Shown piece by piece: positions 18,223-27,066 of a stretch of DNA of 64,000 nt. The stretch spans positions 6,119,470 to 6,183,469 of the forward strand of contig OZ244207.1 in the NCBI GenBank assembly GCA_965216875.1, given 5' to 3'. A program made the position numbers and the translations under genes. This DNA is from Rubripirellula sp. GTDB lineage: Bacteria; Planctomycetota; Planctomycetia; Pirellulales; Pirellulaceae. The notes under the pieces are model-generated. The model was not told where the DNA came from. It ran no database searches and worked only from the letters and a program-made list of their open reading frames with translations. Each line of letters begins with the position of its first letter. Position 1 is the first letter of the stretch.

Positions 18223-19248
18223 ATGTTTCGAGTTTGTCACACGTTTGCAATCGCGTTTGTGTTGACCACGATCGCAACCGCTCAATCAGACCAAGTGTTT
18301 GTCAAAGGCGGCTCGTCGATCAGCGGCCGAGTCGTAGCCTCGACCCAGGCCGAGATCAGCATCGACATGCGCGGCACACCGCGAAAAATCAAAGTCAACC
18401 AACTTCGCCGAGTCTCGTTCGCGGGCGAACCCACCGAATTGAATGCTGGCCGTGGCAAAGCGCTCGCGGGAAAATACCGTTCTGCACTTAGCGACCTTAG
18501 CCGAATCGACCCCGCTTCGATTAAGAGTGAACTGATCAAACGCGACTTGCAGTTCTTTCTTGCCTTTTGCGAGGGCAAGATCGCGCTCTCGACGGGCGGC
18601 GACAAACAGGCAGCATCCGACAAGATGCTCGCCTTTGTTCGAAGTGTGCCTCAGAGTTTTCACTTTTACAGAGCAGCTCAACTACTGGGCGATCTGGCGG
18701 TTGCTCAAGGCGATTACGACAAAGCAGTCAGCTACTATGGCGCGATCGCAAAGAGCCCGTTCCCCGAATACCAACTCGGCGCAACTCTATCCCAGGCGCG
18801 AGCGTTTGTCGGCAAGGCTGACTTTGCAAAGGCTCAACAAGCGTTCCAGTCGGTACTTGATTCGAAATCCGACGACACCGAATCGAAAAGGCTCAAACGA
18901 TTTGCAGAAGTCGGGCTGGGACGTTGCATGGCGGAAACCTCGAGTCCCGCGCAGGGCGTTTCCGTCATCGAAAAAATCATCGCCAACAACGACTCAACCG
19001 ACGGCGAACTCTTTGCGCGTGCCTACAACGCTCTAGGCGACTGTCTTCGCAAAGCAGACAATCCGAAAGAAGCTTTGATGGCTTACCTGCATGTCGATGT
19101 GCTTTTCTATTCCGACGCCGACGCCCATGCCGAAGCGTTGTACCACCTGAGTCAACTCTGGGACGCTGCAAAAAAACCTGATCGCGCCGTGGCTGCGAAG
19201 AATCTGTTGCAAGAGCGTTACGCGGGAAGCGTTTGGGCGAATCGGTAG
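18223..19248 (+). CDS. Secreted TPR protein with a small N-terminal beta domain
   Basis: Signal peptide MFRVCHTFAIAFVLTTIATAQS. The N-terminal beta segment is VFVKGGSSISGRVV...IKVNQLRRVSF. TPR-like helices follow (YYGAIAKS..., AYNALGDCLRKADNPKEALMAYLHV). The ATG lies 12 nt after the previous stop. Confidence 0.8.
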   Translation: MFRVCHTFAIAFVLTTIATAQSDQVFVKGGSSISGRVVASTQAEISIDMRGTPRKIKVNQLRRVSFAGEPTELNAGRGKALAGKYRSALSDLSRIDPASIKSELIKRDLQFFLAFCEGKIALSTGGDKQAASDKMLAFVRSVPQSFHFYRAAQLLGDLAVAQGDYDKAVSYYGAIAKSPFPEYQLGATLSQARAFVGKADFAKAQQAFQSVLDSKSDDTESKRLKRFAEVGLGRCMAETSSPAQGVSVIEKIIANNDSTDGELFARAYNALGDCLRKADNPKEALMAYLHVDVLFYSDADAHAEALYHLSQLWDAAKKPDRAVAAKNLLQERYAGSVWANR

Positions 19249-19270
19249 GGTACCGACCACTGACGGTGTT

Positions 19271-19352
19271 CTTTGTAGCTACCTTCGCCAGAAGGTGGGA
19301 ATTGTTGGTGGGTGACTTACCATCACACCACGCTCTGGCGAGCGTAGCTACG
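19271..19352. repeat. REP-like modules (TTTGTAG hairpin module plus module B)
   Basis: CTTTGTAGCTACCTTCGCCAGAAGGTGG (stem 19281-19286/19291-19296) parallels 7680-7703. Module B, CCACGCTCTGGCGAGCGTAGCTACG, is at 19328-19352 and has one mismatch to 7763-7787. Confidence 0.85.
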
Positions 19353-19421
19353 AAGGTCAAACGCCCGGCATCGGAAGCGGCTGAAAATCCCGGCGAATGC
19401 TGGTACGACGGACGGTGCCTG

Positions 19422-21329
19422 CTACAGCTTTGGCGGCTTCATTGGGTTCTTGACCTGGACATACGGCACTCGATAGTCCGGTCCAAGATCGACACCAAAA
19501 CCACGGCGCAACTCCCAACTGGCCCTTGCTGCCCATGGCGAACCGGGGTGGTTCTTTTGCACGTCGGCAAACAGCGTCCGCGCTCGCTCGATGTAGGGCT
19601 TTGCCTCTTCCGTCCGTGTCTTTTTGGTTGTGCGAATGTCCCAATGAACCAGCTTGCGATTGTTTCGCATCGCAGGTGCTGTTTTGGGATTGTTGATAAA
19701 CGCATCCAAGGCAACACCATATTCGTAGGTGCGAGCTTGGTAAGCGACCAATTGAGCAAGAATCAAGTCATAGTTCGCTTGCCACCTTGGATCGACTTCT
19801 TGTTCACGCAGTTTGGCACCTGCGATGAGTCTTCGTTCCGCTTCAGCCATGTATTGCAAATGCATCTTTGCTTTGGCCTGTTCCTGGCGAGTCTGCGCGA
19901 CAAACTGCTGTGGATTCAGCGAAAACTCCATCCGCAACTCAACCGCCTTTTTGGCTTCCTTGTTATGGGGATTTAAATCCTGGATGACTTGCCAAATCAA
20001 TGTCCGCATCGGGTATTGGTCACGATCGGCGAGCACTTCGATTCGTGCCCTCAGGTCGGGTCGATAAGGTCGCAACGCCTCCATGTCGTACTTCTGTTTG
20101 TTTGCGCCGACGAGGTTCGTTTCAACGCTCGGCAGCATGAAAAAGATACCGTTCGTCTCACGAGCCATTCGTGTTTGCTCATAAGGCCCAAACCCGCTGC
20201 TGAATGCATCGTGTCGTCGTCGAAACCCGTTGGTTTGCAATTGTTCGGGAAAGCCCGTCTCGGGACCTCGGTCAACCGGCAACCAATGAACTCGCTTTGT
20301 TTGCGGGTGTGGCCACCGGATATAGGCATACGGGTAACCAAAAACCGATTCGCGTCCAAGCACATAGATTTTGCACTTGTTCGCTTTTGCAATTCGAATC
20401 GCTTCTTCTAGATAGGTGTCGTTGTTCTTTCGATCACCACTCTCGTCGGTAACCAAAATCAATGCCATTTGCCGACCACGCTTGGTCAAGTCCCGGTACG
20501 TGCCGATCGCCGTGCCAACGGCGCCACACATCATCTCGGTGCCTGAGTCATCAACAGGTACCGAGTCGATCGCTTGGCGAATTTGGCTTCGGTCGGCGGT
20601 CGGGTTGTGCAAGGTGTGGTCGATAAATTGGTCGCCATAACTCGTCACTGCGGTCAACAACGCTTTGTTATTGGTGCGACCGAGTAGGCCCAGTTGTTCG
20701 TAGACCGTTTCGATGCGATCACGAATCTCTTTCTGGTCGTCTTTCATGCTTTCGGATTGGTCAAAGCACCAGACCGCCAGAACGGGCCCCTTGTCGAGCA
20801 TCCAGACCAATTCCTGAGCCAACCGATCGAGCGCCTGTTGGTAGCTGTCGACAATATCGCGAGCTTCGCCCTTCACTTCGCCATCGGGCACAGCTGCAAT
20901 CAGCGAAAGTGCATCGGGAATCCCAATTGTGGGTGCTGCAATCGGAACGAGAGCCGTGTCTGCCTTTGCGACCAAGGTGGGATCAAGCACCGGCGTGTTG
21001 GATGCTGCGGCCGCGGCAGGTGCAGGAGCGGCGTTGAAGAGTGCCACGTTCTCAACCACCACATCGATCTCTGGATCGAGCTCGACTTCGACCGGCGGAT
21101 CTTCCTCTTTTTCGGGCGGCGGCACCGCAATCATCCGCACCAAGTCGGTCGTTTTGTCTTCCAACGTGACGAGGGCCAAGAACATTAGCACGAGGGTGTG
21201 CACGAGAAGTGAAATCACACCTGGTGCCGCCCCTTTCACGGTGTCAACGACCGACGACTCAATCTCGATCTCGTTGGCTTCGACCGTCACCTTCGCCGAT
21301 GTCGGTTTCTGTTTTTCGTCGCGCAGCAT
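19422..21329 (-). CDS. Membrane-anchored von Willebrand factor A (vWA) domain protein
   Basis: ATG at 21329 (MLRDEKQK...) is preceded by GAGGAA. TM segment: VISLLVHTLVLMFLALV. MIDAS-type vWA signature: VLAVWCFDQSESM ... SGTEM ... ALILVTDESGD. Confidence 0.8.
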   Translation of the reverse strand: MLRDEKQKPTSAKVTVEANEIEIESSVVDTVKGAAPGVISLLVHTLVLMFLALVTLEDKTTDLVRMIAVPPPEKEEDPPVEVELDPEIDVVVENVALFNAAPAPAAAAASNTPVLDPTLVAKADTALVPIAAPTIGIPDALSLIAAVPDGEVKGEARDIVDSYQQALDRLAQELVWMLDKGPVLAVWCFDQSESMKDDQKEIRDRIETVYEQLGLLGRTNNKALLTAVTSYGDQFIDHTLHNPTADRSQIRQAIDSVPVDDSGTEMMCGAVGTAIGTYRDLTKRGRQMALILVTDESGDRKNNDTYLEEAIRIAKANKCKIYVLGRESVFGYPYAYIRWPHPQTKRVHWLPVDRGPETGFPEQLQTNGFRRRHDAFSSGFGPYEQTRMARETNGIFFMLPSVETNLVGANKQKYDMEALRPYRPDLRARIEVLADRDQYPMRTLIWQVIQDLNPHNKEAKKAVELRMEFSLNPQQFVAQTRQEQAKAKMHLQYMAEAERRLIAGAKLREQEVDPRWQANYDLILAQLVAYQARTYEYGVALDAFINNPKTAPAMRNNRKLVHWDIRTTKKTRTEEAKPYIERARTLFADVQKNHPGSPWAARASWELRRGFGVDLGPDYRVPYVQVKNPMKPPKL

Positions 21330-21557
21330 AAGGAATTCCTCGGTTGGCCTTATTGTAGACCCAGGCAGCTCGAATCTCGAAGAGAAATTCTTGCCGACGC
21401 CTACTGAACCATCCCCACAACCAATCCATACCCAAGAAAAGGGAGAATACGCCCTTCCCCTGTATCGCTTGATCAAATCGCCGATCGAGCACTGCTAAGA
21501 TGACATTTCTTCCGCTCGGCATCGTGGCCGAAACTGACCATTTATTGAGGGCAACTT

Positions 21558-24500
21558 ATGCACGGGCCGCAGGGCAAACGGTTATTGGTTCCGGACGGAT
21601 TCACTCAACCACCATCGTCGTATCGTTTCCGCGCGTGGCTGGCGATGATCGGGCTACTGGTCTTCATCGCACTGTACATCAGTTTGGCGTGCTGGTTCAG
21701 CTACACCGCCTATCGGATGATTGCAGGCGTATTCGCTGGCGGAAACGGCGCCGTGGCAGGCTTCTTTGCCGCCATCCCGTCTGCTTTCCTGGCCATCTTC
21801 ATGTGGAAGGCGTTGTTCTTTGTTCGGCAAGGATCCAATCAACATGGCATCGAAATCAACGATGGAAACCAACCCGAACTGCATCGCTTTTTGCGTGAAC
21901 TGGCCGACGAAATTGGCGCCCCGCGTCCACATCGCGTCTTTCTTGCGCCCAACGTCAATGCTGCCGTTTTCTATGACCTCTCCATCCTAAACCTCATCAT
22001 CCCCACCAAGAAGAATCTGATCATTGGATTGGGCTTGGTCAATTCCTTGAACCGTTCCGAGTTCAAGGCCGTGCTTGCGCATGAGTTTGGCCATTTTGCC
22101 CAGCGATCGATGGCCGTCGGCCGATGGGTCTACGTTGGCGAACAAATTGCTTCGCACATCATTTCGAAACGCGACCTCCTTGATAAGTCGCTCGACTTCC
22201 TTTCCACGATCGATCTACGTGTCGCCTGGATCGGTTGGATCATGCGGCTAATCGTTTGGTCGATCCGTTCATTGATGGAGACGGTCTTTCAGTTAGTCGT
22301 TCTTGCTCACCGCGCGCTCGCGCGTGAAATGGAGTTTCAGGCTGACCTTGTTGCCGTCTCGGTCACGGGCAGCGATCCGCTTGTACATGCGTTGCATCGG
22401 CTTCAAACCGCCGAGGAGGATTGGGACCAAAGCCTCGAGTTTGCCACAACCCAATTCGCCAACAAACGAGTCGTCCCCAATCTTTACGCCGTACAGTCGC
22501 GGATCGGCGAGCACATGCGACGCATCCTCGACGACCCCGACTACGGAACGGCGCCAGACCTCCCTCCGACCGACCGCCCTAATCACCGAGTCTTTTCTCA
22601 ACAAATCGCGCAACCACCGCGAATGTGGTCCACTCATCCGCCCAACAACGAGCGTGAAGAGAATGCCAAAAAGACCTACATCGCTTCGGCTATTGATAAC
22701 ACGCCTGCTTGGAGTCTTTTCTCGCAGCCTGAGCAACTCAAAGAATCGGTCACTGACTACATCTTCGAAGATGCTCCAATCGACGAAACCTACCAAAAGA
22801 TTTCCGTCGAGGATTCGCTGCAACTCGTTGATGAGATGTATGCCGAAGCAAGCTACGATCCCAAGTACCGAGGAGCCTACTTGGGACGCGCCATCACCAT
22901 CGCGAGTGACTCGGTCGATACGCTTCGCAGCGAACCTGTCCCGCGAGATCACCTCGCCGATTCTCTGATTCAGCTGTATCCACAAGACTTGCATACTGCG
23001 GTTGGCGATCTGAGACAACTCAACGAACGTCTCACGCTATTGGAAGCGGTACAAGATGGACACTTTGATGCATCTGAAGCAAAGGGAGAATCCGACACTC
23101 AAGATCGAATCAATCGGCGCGAGCTTCCGGAATTGATCGCGACGACGAAAGGACAACGTGATGAAGCACTCGCCATCATAGAAACGCATGATCGCGCCTG
23201 CCGAACGTTGCATCACAGCGCCGCGCGTTACGTCGCCCATGGCTGGCAAGAATACCTCGATGGAATAACCCAACTGCTCCACTATGCCGAACACACCGAA
23301 GCCGAGTTGAATGATGCCTACGGGCACCTTGCCAACGTCACCAACATCGCTCTTGCTGCCGGTCGACCGGGACAGGCAAAAGTCAATCGCGTGGTTGAAT
23401 CGGCAAATGATCTACAACGAATCTTGGCGGCCATCGACAGCGATTCGGATAAGGTTGTGCTCCCACCAAGAGTGCTCAAGGATCTCGAGGTCGAGAACTG
23501 GCGTGCCGCAATCGACAAGCTAGAACTTCCGCCTGCGGATGTCACGAATATCGGACAATGGTTGGAGGTCGTCGAATCGTGGGTCGAACCGGTCCGCCGC
23601 CGACTCGCGGACTTGCGAAAAGCCTCCCTGAGTGAACTCCTCCGCGCCGAGGCGGCCGTTGGTGAAATGTATTCCGGAAACGCGGAAGCCACAGCGGCTC
23701 CCAAAGTCGCGATTGTGCCCGACGCCTATCGAACGCGTCGGCGCGGCACGGAGCGCGAGCGGCAGAAGAAATATGACTGGTGGACTCGCTTTACGCGTGC
23801 CGACGGTTTCGGACATGCCGTGATGAGATTCGCGGTGGCTGCCTGCATCGTCTCAGCGGTGGTGGTTGGCGCCGCTTTTGTTGGCGGGTCCGACTTGGTG
23901 GTTTACAACGGACTGTCCGTCCCCGTTGTCGTTAGCGTTAACGGAAAGAAGTTGGTTGTCAGCCCTCATCGCTATCGCAAAACCCAACTCAATGCGCGTC
24001 ACGGTTCAATCGAGGCACGAACCAAAGAAGACAAGCGTTTGATCGAGTCCTTTGAAATCACTGCCGACAAGGCCTTTGCATCATACGTCTACAACGTTGC
24101 CGGTGCGGCGCCGATGGTCGAATGGACGGCGGTCTACGGAAACGTCGCCGCTCCCCTGCCGATCAACCTTGGCTGCCCGAGATGGCGGACGACCAGCGCC
24201 GACTTTCTTTTTGTACAACCGCCCGCACAGATCAAATCATCGGGTAGCGGAGGAACTCGCAAAGTCCTTTCAAGTGACTCCGACATCCCAGCCGGCGCGA
24301 TTGTCGACTCGATCGAGGACCCAAGTGAAAAAGATCGGGTCGTTCGAACGCACGCACTATGGGATGCGCCCAACGCAACCTACTTGGAAAGCTGGTTGAA
24401 CTACGCAACCGATCTTCCCGACTTCGACCAGATCGTTCGCACGCGGCTTGACGTGCATCCTTGCGATGTTGTCGCTCTCCGCGCCCAACAGGATGCGAGT

Positions 24501-25376
24501 GACATCGAGGAAAGACCTGTCGTCTTTGAGACCCATCGAAAACTCGCACAACAACATCCAGATGACCCCGATTGGCAATACATTCGTGCTCGCGCTCAAG
24601 TCAGCGGCAAAGAACAAGATCTCGACTTTATCGCAGGAGCAAAGAAATGGCCGCTTCACCCCTGGTTCAATTATGCGGCGGGCAGATCCTATATGCGTCT
24701 CTCTGATTGGGAGCGAGCGACGGACTGCTTTGAACTTTGCTCAAGAGAGGGTGGCGCGGCGATGTTCAACCGCGTTGCTGTTTCGGTAGCACGCTTGCGC
24801 CGCCAAACCAGTCACAATGAAAATGCAGACCTGAGCGATCTGAAGCGGTCACCCGAAATCGAACTGATGTTGCGATTGGAAAACGGAACCGACTTGGCCG
24901 GTTCGCCTTACCGCGCCTACATGCGACTAAAAGAGGGACGACTCTCCGAAGCCTACCGTGTCGCGGGTGGCAAAGATGCCGATGCTCGAATTCTGATCTT
25001 GCTCGCGGCATCCAAAGACGCCGAGCCAGAATGGACTGACCAAGCACTCGCGGTACCTACCGAACAAATCGATGACCCCGCACTCCTTCTGTACTGCATC
25101 GCCCTGGCAACCCGCGAGGGCAAGCCAACCGACAAGCACTTTCAAGCTTTGACAAAACTGTACGAAGGTGAATCAACCAACGTGATCGAGATAGCCCGCA
25201 ACTTGATGTCGGCTCGACCTTCGGATGACATTGAATCAACTCTCGAAGGACTTGACCTGCGAGAACGCGGGATGCTCCTCACAGCCGGTATCATTCTGTT
25301 CGAAGACACCACACCGCCGCCTTGGCGTCCGTCGTCAAGGCAGATCCTGTTTGTCGCCGAGCGACCGCATCTCTAA
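21558..25376 (+). CDS. Giant M48-family (HtpX/Ste24-like) zinc metalloprotease, 1272 aa, with a long C-terminal extension
   Basis: Two N-terminal TM helices are present. HEXXH is HEFGH at 22080-22094 (AVLAHEFGHFAQRS), with a downstream EMEFQADLVAV. A further TM segment lies near residue 760 (FAVAACIVSAVVVGAAFVGG). GAGGG lies upstream of the ATG. Confidence 0.85.
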   Translation: MHGPQGKRLLVPDGFTQPPSSYRFRAWLAMIGLLVFIALYISLACWFSYTAYRMIAGVFAGGNGAVAGFFAAIPSAFLAIFMWKALFFVRQGSNQHGIEINDGNQPELHRFLRELADEIGAPRPHRVFLAPNVNAAVFYDLSILNLIIPTKKNLIIGLGLVNSLNRSEFKAVLAHEFGHFAQRSMAVGRWVYVGEQIASHIISKRDLLDKSLDFLSTIDLRVAWIGWIMRLIVWSIRSLMETVFQLVVLAHRALAREMEFQADLVAVSVTGSDPLVHALHRLQTAEEDWDQSLEFATTQFANKRVVPNLYAVQSRIGEHMRRILDDPDYGTAPDLPPTDRPNHRVFSQQIAQPPRMWSTHPPNNEREENAKKTYIASAIDNTPAWSLFSQPEQLKESVTDYIFEDAPIDETYQKISVEDSLQLVDEMYAEASYDPKYRGAYLGRAITIASDSVDTLRSEPVPRDHLADSLIQLYPQDLHTAVGDLRQLNERLTLLEAVQDGHFDASEAKGESDTQDRINRRELPELIATTKGQRDEALAIIETHDRACRTLHHSAARYVAHGWQEYLDGITQLLHYAEHTEAELNDAYGHLANVTNIALAAGRPGQAKVNRVVESANDLQRILAAIDSDSDKVVLPPRVLKDLEVENWRAAIDKLELPPADVTNIGQWLEVVESWVEPVRRRLADLRKASLSELLRAEAAVGEMYSGNAEATAAPKVAIVPDAYRTRRRGTERERQKKYDWWTRFTRADGFGHAVMRFAVAACIVSAVVVGAAFVGGSDLVVYNGLSVPVVVSVNGKKLVVSPHRYRKTQLNARHGSIEARTKEDKRLIESFEITADKAFASYVYNVAGAAPMVEWTAVYGNVAAPLPINLGCPRWRTTSADFLFVQPPAQIKSSGSGGTRKVLSSDSDIPAGAIVDSIEDPSEKDRVVRTHALWDAPNATYLESWLNYATDLPDFDQIVRTRLDVHPCDVVALRAQQDASDIEERPVVFETHRKLAQQHPDDPDWQYIRARAQVSGKEQDLDFIAGAKKWPLHPWFNYAAGRSYMRLSDWERATDCFELCSREGGAAMFNRVAVSVARLRRQTSHNENADLSDLKRSPEIELMLRLENGTDLAGSPYRAYMRLKEGRLSEAYRVAGGKDADARILILLAASKDAEPEWTDQALAVPTEQIDDPALLLYCIALATREGKPTDKHFQALTKLYEGESTNVIEIARNLMSARPSDDIESTLEGLDLRERGMLLTAGIILFEDTTPPPWRPSSRQILFVAERPHL

Positions 25377-25439
25377 GACTCGCGTGTTCCCAGTTCCACC
25401 TTTGTCGGCCCCACGAACCGCCCTCACGTTCACCGCGCC

Positions 25440-26984
25440 CTACAAGCTCGGCCGAACCTCGTTGCCCGAATCATCAATCGGGTATTGGGCGTCGTGTCGC
25501 TCGAGCTGTTCGATCAATCCCGACATCATCCTTTTCAAGACTTCGGGATGCTTCTTGGCAAGATTCACCGACTCGAAGGGATCATCGGCCAAATTAAACA
25601 GCTCGTGGTTGCCACCTTTGAATTGAATGTCACCCGTGTTCGTCGGTTTGTCGGGGAGAGCGTGAAAAACCACCTTCCAATCACCGTCGCGCCAACAAGT
25701 GAAATAATTGCTTCGGTGGCGGCCATGCGGGTAGTGCATCAGGAATTGCTCGGGTCGCCCCGGATCCTCTTTTCCGACCATCAATGTGCTTAGATCATAG
25801 CCATCAACAACGTGATTTTTTGGCGGCGTCGCACCGACCAAATTCAACAAGGTCGGAAACAAATCGTTGACCGACGCTACCTGTGATTGGATCTTGCCAG
25901 CCGGGATCGGCAGGCTCTTTTGCAGTTTGTTGTCGCTGTTCGGTTTCGCCCAAGCTGCGATAAAGGGAACTCGCATGCCCCCTTCGTAGTGCGCTCCCTT
26001 TTTGCCTCTCAGTGGCGCCGCGCATGCGACTTGATGTTGTTGTCCAAGGGGTGCGTCGGAACCATTGTCGCCGAGAAAGATCACGAGTGTGTTCTCGGCC
26101 ACGCCGATGGCCTCGAGATGATCCAGCATGTCGTCAAGCGACTTGTCCATGCCTTCGATCAATGTCGCGAACGCCTGAGCCTTCGCGGGTTTACCAGAGT
26201 CTGTGTAGTGATCGGCAAATCGCGGATCTGAATCAAACGGTCCATGAACGGCATAGTGGGCAAAATACAAATAGAACGGATCGCCATGTTCGACCGCTTC
26301 GGACACTCGCTCCTTGGCTTCGATGGTCAATGCTTCGGAAAGAAACGTGTCGCTGCCGTGATAGGCATCGAGATGGGGAACGGCATGGTGCTCACGTTTG
26401 GTTCCCTTGCCATAGTTCTTTTCCCCGTAGTAACTTCCTGGTGCGCCAAACGACGCGCCGCCAACGTTGACATCGAATCCCAAATTCAGTGGTTCCGCAC
26501 CTTCGTAATCGTTGGGACCAAAATGACCTTTGCCAACATGGATGGTTCGGTAGCCCTGCTCGCGTAAGACGCCTGGCAATGTGACGTCACCTTTCTTCAA
26601 ACCAGCCCAGTTCCAATCTTGCGCGCCATTTGTACCCGCGTTGTTGGTTCGGGGGTTGATCCAGTTGGTGGCATGATGTCGCGCTGCATTTTGACCAGTC
26701 ATGATCGAAATACGCGTCGGCGAACAAACACTCATCGCATAAAACTGATTGAAGCGAATCCCCTGCTCTGCCAATCGCTGCATCCCTGGAGTGCGGTAGT
26801 AGTCATTCAGCGGGTATCGCTTTGGCGAACCACTTTCGTCGGTAAGAAATGGCACCGAAGTATCCATCATTCCCATGTCGTCAATAAGAAAGACGACGAC
26901 GTTGGGAGTTTCGGCAGCAGAAAGGTGACCGGGGGATCCTTGGACCAGTGTCGCAACCAGAATTGCGAAAAAGAGTCGTTGCAT
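25440..26984 (-). CDS. Sulfatase (formylglycine-dependent, Cys-type)
   Basis: ATG at 26984 gives the signal peptide MQRLFFAILVATLVQGSPGHLSAAE. Family blocks: PNVVVFLIDDMG and the signature SVCSPTRISIMTG (C-x-P-x-R). The upstream 108 codons of the track ORF are not protein-like. Confidence 0.9.
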   Translation of the reverse strand: MQRLFFAILVATLVQGSPGHLSAAETPNVVVFLIDDMGMMDTSVPFLTDESGSPKRYPLNDYYRTPGMQRLAEQGIRFNQFYAMSVCSPTRISIMTGQNAARHHATNWINPRTNNAGTNGAQDWNWAGLKKGDVTLPGVLREQGYRTIHVGKGHFGPNDYEGAEPLNLGFDVNVGGASFGAPGSYYGEKNYGKGTKREHHAVPHLDAYHGSDTFLSEALTIEAKERVSEAVEHGDPFYLYFAHYAVHGPFDSDPRFADHYTDSGKPAKAQAFATLIEGMDKSLDDMLDHLEAIGVAENTLVIFLGDNGSDAPLGQQHQVACAAPLRGKKGAHYEGGMRVPFIAAWAKPNSDNKLQKSLPIPAGKIQSQVASVNDLFPTLLNLVGATPPKNHVVDGYDLSTLMVGKEDPGRPEQFLMHYPHGRHRSNYFTCWRDGDWKVVFHALPDKPTNTGDIQFKGGNHELFNLADDPFESVNLAKKHPEVLKRMMSGLIEQLERHDAQYPIDDSGNEVRPSL

Positions 26985-27066
26985 GGCAGTTTTCTCGTGG
27001 TGGTGGCGTGACTTCCAAGTGAACCTCAACTTGGATGAACCCCACCATGATAACCTCAGCAACAGG

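Noticed and set aside
15082-25376. Is the vWA/TPR block a Bat (aerotolerance) operon or a vWA-based defence system?
   Set aside because: The defining partners (MoxR AAA+ ATPase, DUF58, or effector/NTPase genes) are absent, and the genes are not co-directional. It is reported only as a neighbourhood of interest.
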